Below, piece by piece: positions 59,469 through 64,000 of a DNA stretch of 64,000 nucleotides. The translations under genes and the position numbers were made by a program. Numbering within the stretch: the first letter of the stretch is position 1; every line of letters starts with the position of its first letter. Location of the stretch: contig QPGO01000072.1 of assembly GCA_008632985.1 (NCBI GenBank), forward strand, positions 1 through 64,000, written 5' to 3'. Below the pieces are notes generated by a model that searched no databases, was not told the DNA's origin, and saw only the letters and a list, made by a program, of their open reading frames with translations. This DNA is from Psammoneis japonica. Its lineage: Eukaryota.

Positions 59469-62400
59469 ATGAAGTTATCGTTTTTAACCGCATGCCTTGC
59501 GCTGGGCTGGCAGCCTTCTTCCGCGTCCTTGCAAGTTGCAAAGGACGAGGAAGCAAAGACCCGTCATGAGCGTCGAAAGCATCGAAAGAGGCACTTGATC
59601 GACGTGCCTTCTCAAGGTCGCCCCAAGGACAATGGGATAAGCCAAGCTCATACTTTGATTTTTGGAGAAGAAGTTGAGTCGTTCTGGAACCGATTCTTGC
59701 AAGACGTCGCATCTACGGACCAGCCCGGCGAAGAGAATGATCAGTTTTGGGAAGATCTGTTGAAAGATATGTCTGGACCTCGACCCGCTGACGCGACGCC
59801 CGGCAATAGAGCTTTAAAGCAGGATCAAATTAGAGACCAACACGCTGAAGCTGATTCATTCTGGGATCGACACCTTCAAAATCTTTCTGGACCTGCCACT
59901 GGTGACGAGAGCGATGGAGGTAGAACTTTGAACCAAGATCAACGAGCAGAAGCCGATTCCTTCTGGGATCGACACCTCCAGAATCTATCTGGACCCACCA
60001 CTGGCGACGAGAGCGATGGCGATCGAGCTTTGAACCAAGACTTACGAGCAGAGGCCGGTTCCTTCTGGGATCGACACCTTCAGAATCTATCTGGACCCAC
60101 CACTGGCGACGAGAGCGATGGCGATCGAGCTTTGAACCAAGACTTACGAGCAGAAGCCGATTCTTTCTGGGATCGACACCTTCAGAATCTATCTGGACCT
60201 TCCGTTCCTGACGAGAGCAACCGCGGTCGAGCTTTGAACCAAGACGAGCATAGAGAAGCCAATTAGTTTTGGGATCGACACCTTCAGAATGCATTGTCTG
60301 GACCTAATCGAGCATTGACGGCGGAACACGTCGCAGACGAAGACAAAGCCAACTCGTTTTGGGATCGGCATCTTCAAACCATGTCTGGTCCTAACAGAGC
60401 CTTGAAACAAGAAACGGAAGCGTTTTGGCATCGGCATCTTCAAACCATGTCTGGACCCAGTAGAGCTTTGCAAAACGAAGCTGACGCGTTTTGGGATCGG
60501 CACCTTCAAACATTGTCTGGACCGAGAGTGTTGCATCAAGAAGCCGAAGAGTTTTGGGATCGACATCTTCAAGCACTATCTGGACCCACGAGAGCCCTCA
60601 GTAAGGAGCACACAGCAGGTCAGGAAGAGAGCAAGACGTTTTGGAATCGGCATCTTCAAACCATGTCTGGACCTAAAAGAGCATTGACCGAAGAAAACGC
60701 GTTTTGGGATCGACATCTCCAAGTCATGTCTGAGCCCAATAGAGCGTTGATTCAAGATCCTCCTGAAGATCTGCAAGAAACCGATGCGTTTTGGGATCGT
60801 CACCTACACGTCATGTCCGGACCAAACAGAGGCTTGAACCGTAATTTGATGAAAGACAGCACGACTGTCGGCAAACGTGATTACCCAATTTATTTCCTAC
60901 ACATTCCTAAGTCTGGTGGGACGTCTCTAGACCAGCTCATACCGGCTGTCACTGGTCGGAAGTATCATGGCTACGAGCATTTTGACTGGTCCTATATTGA
61001 GGCACAAGGCATTATTCCGGGGACAAACGTGGATGTCATTACTTTCCTTCGAGATCCGGTTTCCCGTGCTGTCTCACAATTCCACTTTTCCCAAAAGCTA
61101 GACTTTGCGAGAGACATGAAATTCAGCAGCCAATCCCTTGAAGAGTTCTTAGACGATCCGGGAAGCATGAAGCAGTTTAAAGATTTCCGGGACGGCTTTG
61201 GGTCAGTTAAATGGCTGGCCGGTACTTTTGAAAGCCCTACTTGGATTACGACTGATGAACAAAACCAAGGCCTAAAACGCGCTCTCAATCAAAACAGGAC
61301 CGCCTTGTGTCTCGAAGCAGCTAAAAATCTGGAGAAAACAGCGTGGTTTGGTCTCATTGAAGACATCCCTCGAAGCATGAAACTTCTCCAATTTTCCCTC
61401 GGTCTTGAGGACTTGCCCGAGTTTCCGTTTTCAAACAAAAACGCTCACGATAAGCCGCGAACTGAGATTGTGGAAAGATTGAGGGCGTCTATGCCAATGG
61501 ATGTCTGGCTTTTCGATTACGCCAAGGCACTGTTTGAAGCACGATGGAACTTCCACATGGGAGATGGGGAGTATGTTCGTCCCGAGCTCCCAGAGTTTCC
61601 ATGGAATGAAGCGGCTGAACAGTCGCACACAGCTGCCAGGAAGAAGCTAAGAGGATATCATAGAGGAGTGGAGTCGGCGAGAAAGTCATTGCTGTCGCAG
61701 CATTCGTTACAAGCGCTCACGATTTATTGGATCAATCTTGACAAGTCAGTTGACAGACGTATCAACATGGATCAGATGTTCTCAAATCTCACAATCTCTC
61801 AGCGATCTTTGTTTAATGCTACGCGTATTTCGGCGGTAGATACTGATGAAATCCGACAGTTAATTTCCACAGACCGATTCATCCCCAACGGAATTGATGT
61901 TGTCCCTCCAGGTGGGGACGAGCCCGATTGGAAGAAGCATCTTCGACAAGAATACACTGAACCCGAAGCAGCCATACTTGTGTCTCATCTCAATGCTATT
62001 CTTGAGGCGTACAACGCTGGACATGAGGTTGCATTAATCATCGAGGATGACGCTGTCCTTACGCCTCTATTTCTAACTCATTGGAAGTCATACGTGAAAC
62101 TAGCCCCGTCAGACTGGAAGGTCTTGCAGTGGTCGACGAACAACGAGGCCGTGACGAAGCATAATCATAATATGGAAGGTGATGCGTGGACGGATTGGCA
62201 TGCAGACCACTATGCTACTACCGGATACATGATCAATAGAGACGGTATGAAAGAGATACTTCAACATACGTACTCTCAAGGAGTCAACGGTGAAGCGTAC
62301 TAGCATGTCGATGCGCAAGAAATGGTTGTTTCCGATGAAGTTGTCTACTACCTCGGAAGAAGGTCTTACACGTCCACAGTTCCATGGATTGGTACGTCAG

Positions 62401-63476
62401 GACTCACCAGCACGTTCGAAAAAGGTCATTCGGCATTCAAAATTGATCTGGGCAACCGGGACGATTTCGCTAGGATGAACGCTTCGCCACGAACTGAAAG
62501 TATTCTTGTCCTCACGAGCTGCCGGTTGGAGAACGAGAACGCCATTGCGACGGAGTTACAACGACTCGAAATCGACGTAAAGGCGCTTTCTTATTGGCAG
62601 CCCAAGTCGTCCTGGATTGTCAATGTTGTTGTCGTGAACGACCAACTAAAGGAGACGTTTTTACGCTCTTCCATTGGCCTACCCAGCTCTGTCAATATTC
62701 GAGTTCACGTCAAGGAGGATACATTCAACAAGTATTCCTTCGTTGTGGATTCCATGAATGACTTTCTTCTGTATGACTACGTCCTCCTCAAAGACAACGA
62801 TATGAGAGTCGCTGGATTTCCTTGGAATACATTCATGGAGCGCAAACAAAACTCCATTATTTCGGGTCCCCTTCACGAAGCAATTGAAGAGTCTCTGTAC
62901 AGAAGTGTTGGCAAACCCAAACGTCAGTGGTATCAGTTCCACGAAGCCCAGCTTTGGAGGAAGCTTCAGCTTCCAGAATATGTTGACATTACTCCGATCC
63001 CTGCAATGTTCATTGAACAAGCTTTCACTTTGATGAGAGGAGATTTCGCCCACTGGTTCTTCGAGCAGGTTTTGACGCCTTGGTTCGTTAAACAGCCCAC
63101 CGACTGGGGAGTGGACAAGCTCTGGTGTGCAGCTGCTAGAGAGTTCCGCCCTGAAGAGACGTCGTGCTTGATTGTGCCAGTCGTCACCATGCACGAAGAT
63201 ACAAGGCAGATCACGGTTGGCGATGAATACACGGGTCAGGGCCGAGAAGTTGTGAAAAGGTTCCGAAAAGACCGTCGGTTTAGAGCTTGGCTCGACGCCA
63301 CCATTGAATGGGAAAAGTTGCTCGATGACTCGGCTGACGTCCTTACGGTGTTGGAGCGTTGTGGGCGCCTTCTGGCATCCGAGAAGCCCAGCTTAAAGAA
63401 GTGCGCAACTCTGGTCATCTCTGGCTTGTTGGAAGAACTCAACACGCCCCAGTCCGCTCCCACCAAGATTTCTTAG
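59469..63476 (+). pseudogene. Secretory-pathway fusion (FWDRHLQ repeats + sulfotransferase + GT25 + third GT-like domain) with two in-frame TAG codons
   Basis: ORFs 59466, 60294 and 62322 share one frame, separated only by TAG at 60264-66 and 62301-03. Motifs FLHIPKSGGTS and FLRDPVSRAVS; YWINLDKSVDRR and IIEDDA; YDYVLLKDND and DWGVD. Confidence 0.75.
59675..60850 (+). repeat. 14 coding repeats, consensus FWDRHLQx(M/L)SGP...RAL
   Basis: Counted in the translation; 12 copies carry RHL. Confidence 0.92.
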
Positions 63477-64000
63477 AATCGTTGAATAGAGTACAGTAGA
63501 GAGTTAAAACGACGATACATTGACAAATAGAAATCAATTACAAGTCTCACTACTTTTGTGGCGCACTCTTTAGGTTGATGTAGGAGTAGAATCGCGCTAC
63601 GGTAGGCAATCGAAGTTGGAGATGACTCGACGCGTCTATTATCTGCCATCTACCGGTACTCGGCAAAAAAATTGACGCTACTAGACTACTGCGATCTGAC
63701 CACCACAGCACTCTAGTAGAGAGAAGTAGGCACTCGAAGGAGGAGATGATCTCTCCCACTCCGTACTCAAAACTCACGCACATTTTATATTTATGTTAAT
63801 TTAAAATCCCTATGCAAGCTGGCGACGTCTACTCCGCAACAATTTGACGCAACAACCGCGATCTGAACACCACAGCAATCGCACACCCCATTGCTTCTTT
63901 CTTGACCGACTAATATCCTGTTCTACTTGGCCAAGAAACTTAGCCACTCATTCTTGGTCCATTCACTGGAAACATCTTTAGATTCTCTACCATTGACCAT

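Noticed and set aside
59840..60850. CRISPR-like repeat-spacer array
   Set aside because: Repeats are in-frame coding units with synonymous variation and related spacers, in a eukaryotic context with no cas genes.
60264..62303. Pyrrolysine or stop-codon reassignment
   Set aside because: The two TAGs imply different residues, and TAG terminates other genes here (e.g. 1454-1456, 13670-13672).

Overview
Eukaryotic nuclear DNA, very likely a diatom: short GT-AG introns, several ASAFAP-type bipartite plastid presequences and CoDi-like Ty1/Copia elements. About 17 host genes are supported, including PTOX, a PLC-like protein, YjbQ, an aldo-keto reductase, PIG-Z, a beta-propeller/M8 protease, TPT, a giant mucin-like protein, an Ulp2-like SUMO protease, REX1-B, an amino acid transporter and a sulfotransferase-GT25 fusion. 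Two TE islands interrupt them. At ~1.5-13.0 kb a degenerate element carries a nested Copia with both LTRs and a TSD, followed by a PIF/Harbinger-type DNA transposon. At ~35.7-40.1 kb lies an older Copia. The standout signal is that TpA dinucleotides inside TE bodies have been almost completely converted to TpG/CpA (A>G on either strand). Conserved tyrosines become Cys/His (RT YVDD reads CVDD), and apart from one 1-bp indel the two LTRs of one insertion differ only at TA/TG/CA/CG dinucleotides. Both a retroelement and a DNA transposon are affected, while host genes and genic tandem repeats are not. This looks like a TE-targeted, post-insertion hypermutation process, the mirror image of fungal RIP. 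Main caveat: several host genes carry 1-bp deletions typical of an imperfectly polished long-read assembly, so the signal needs confirmation with independent reads.
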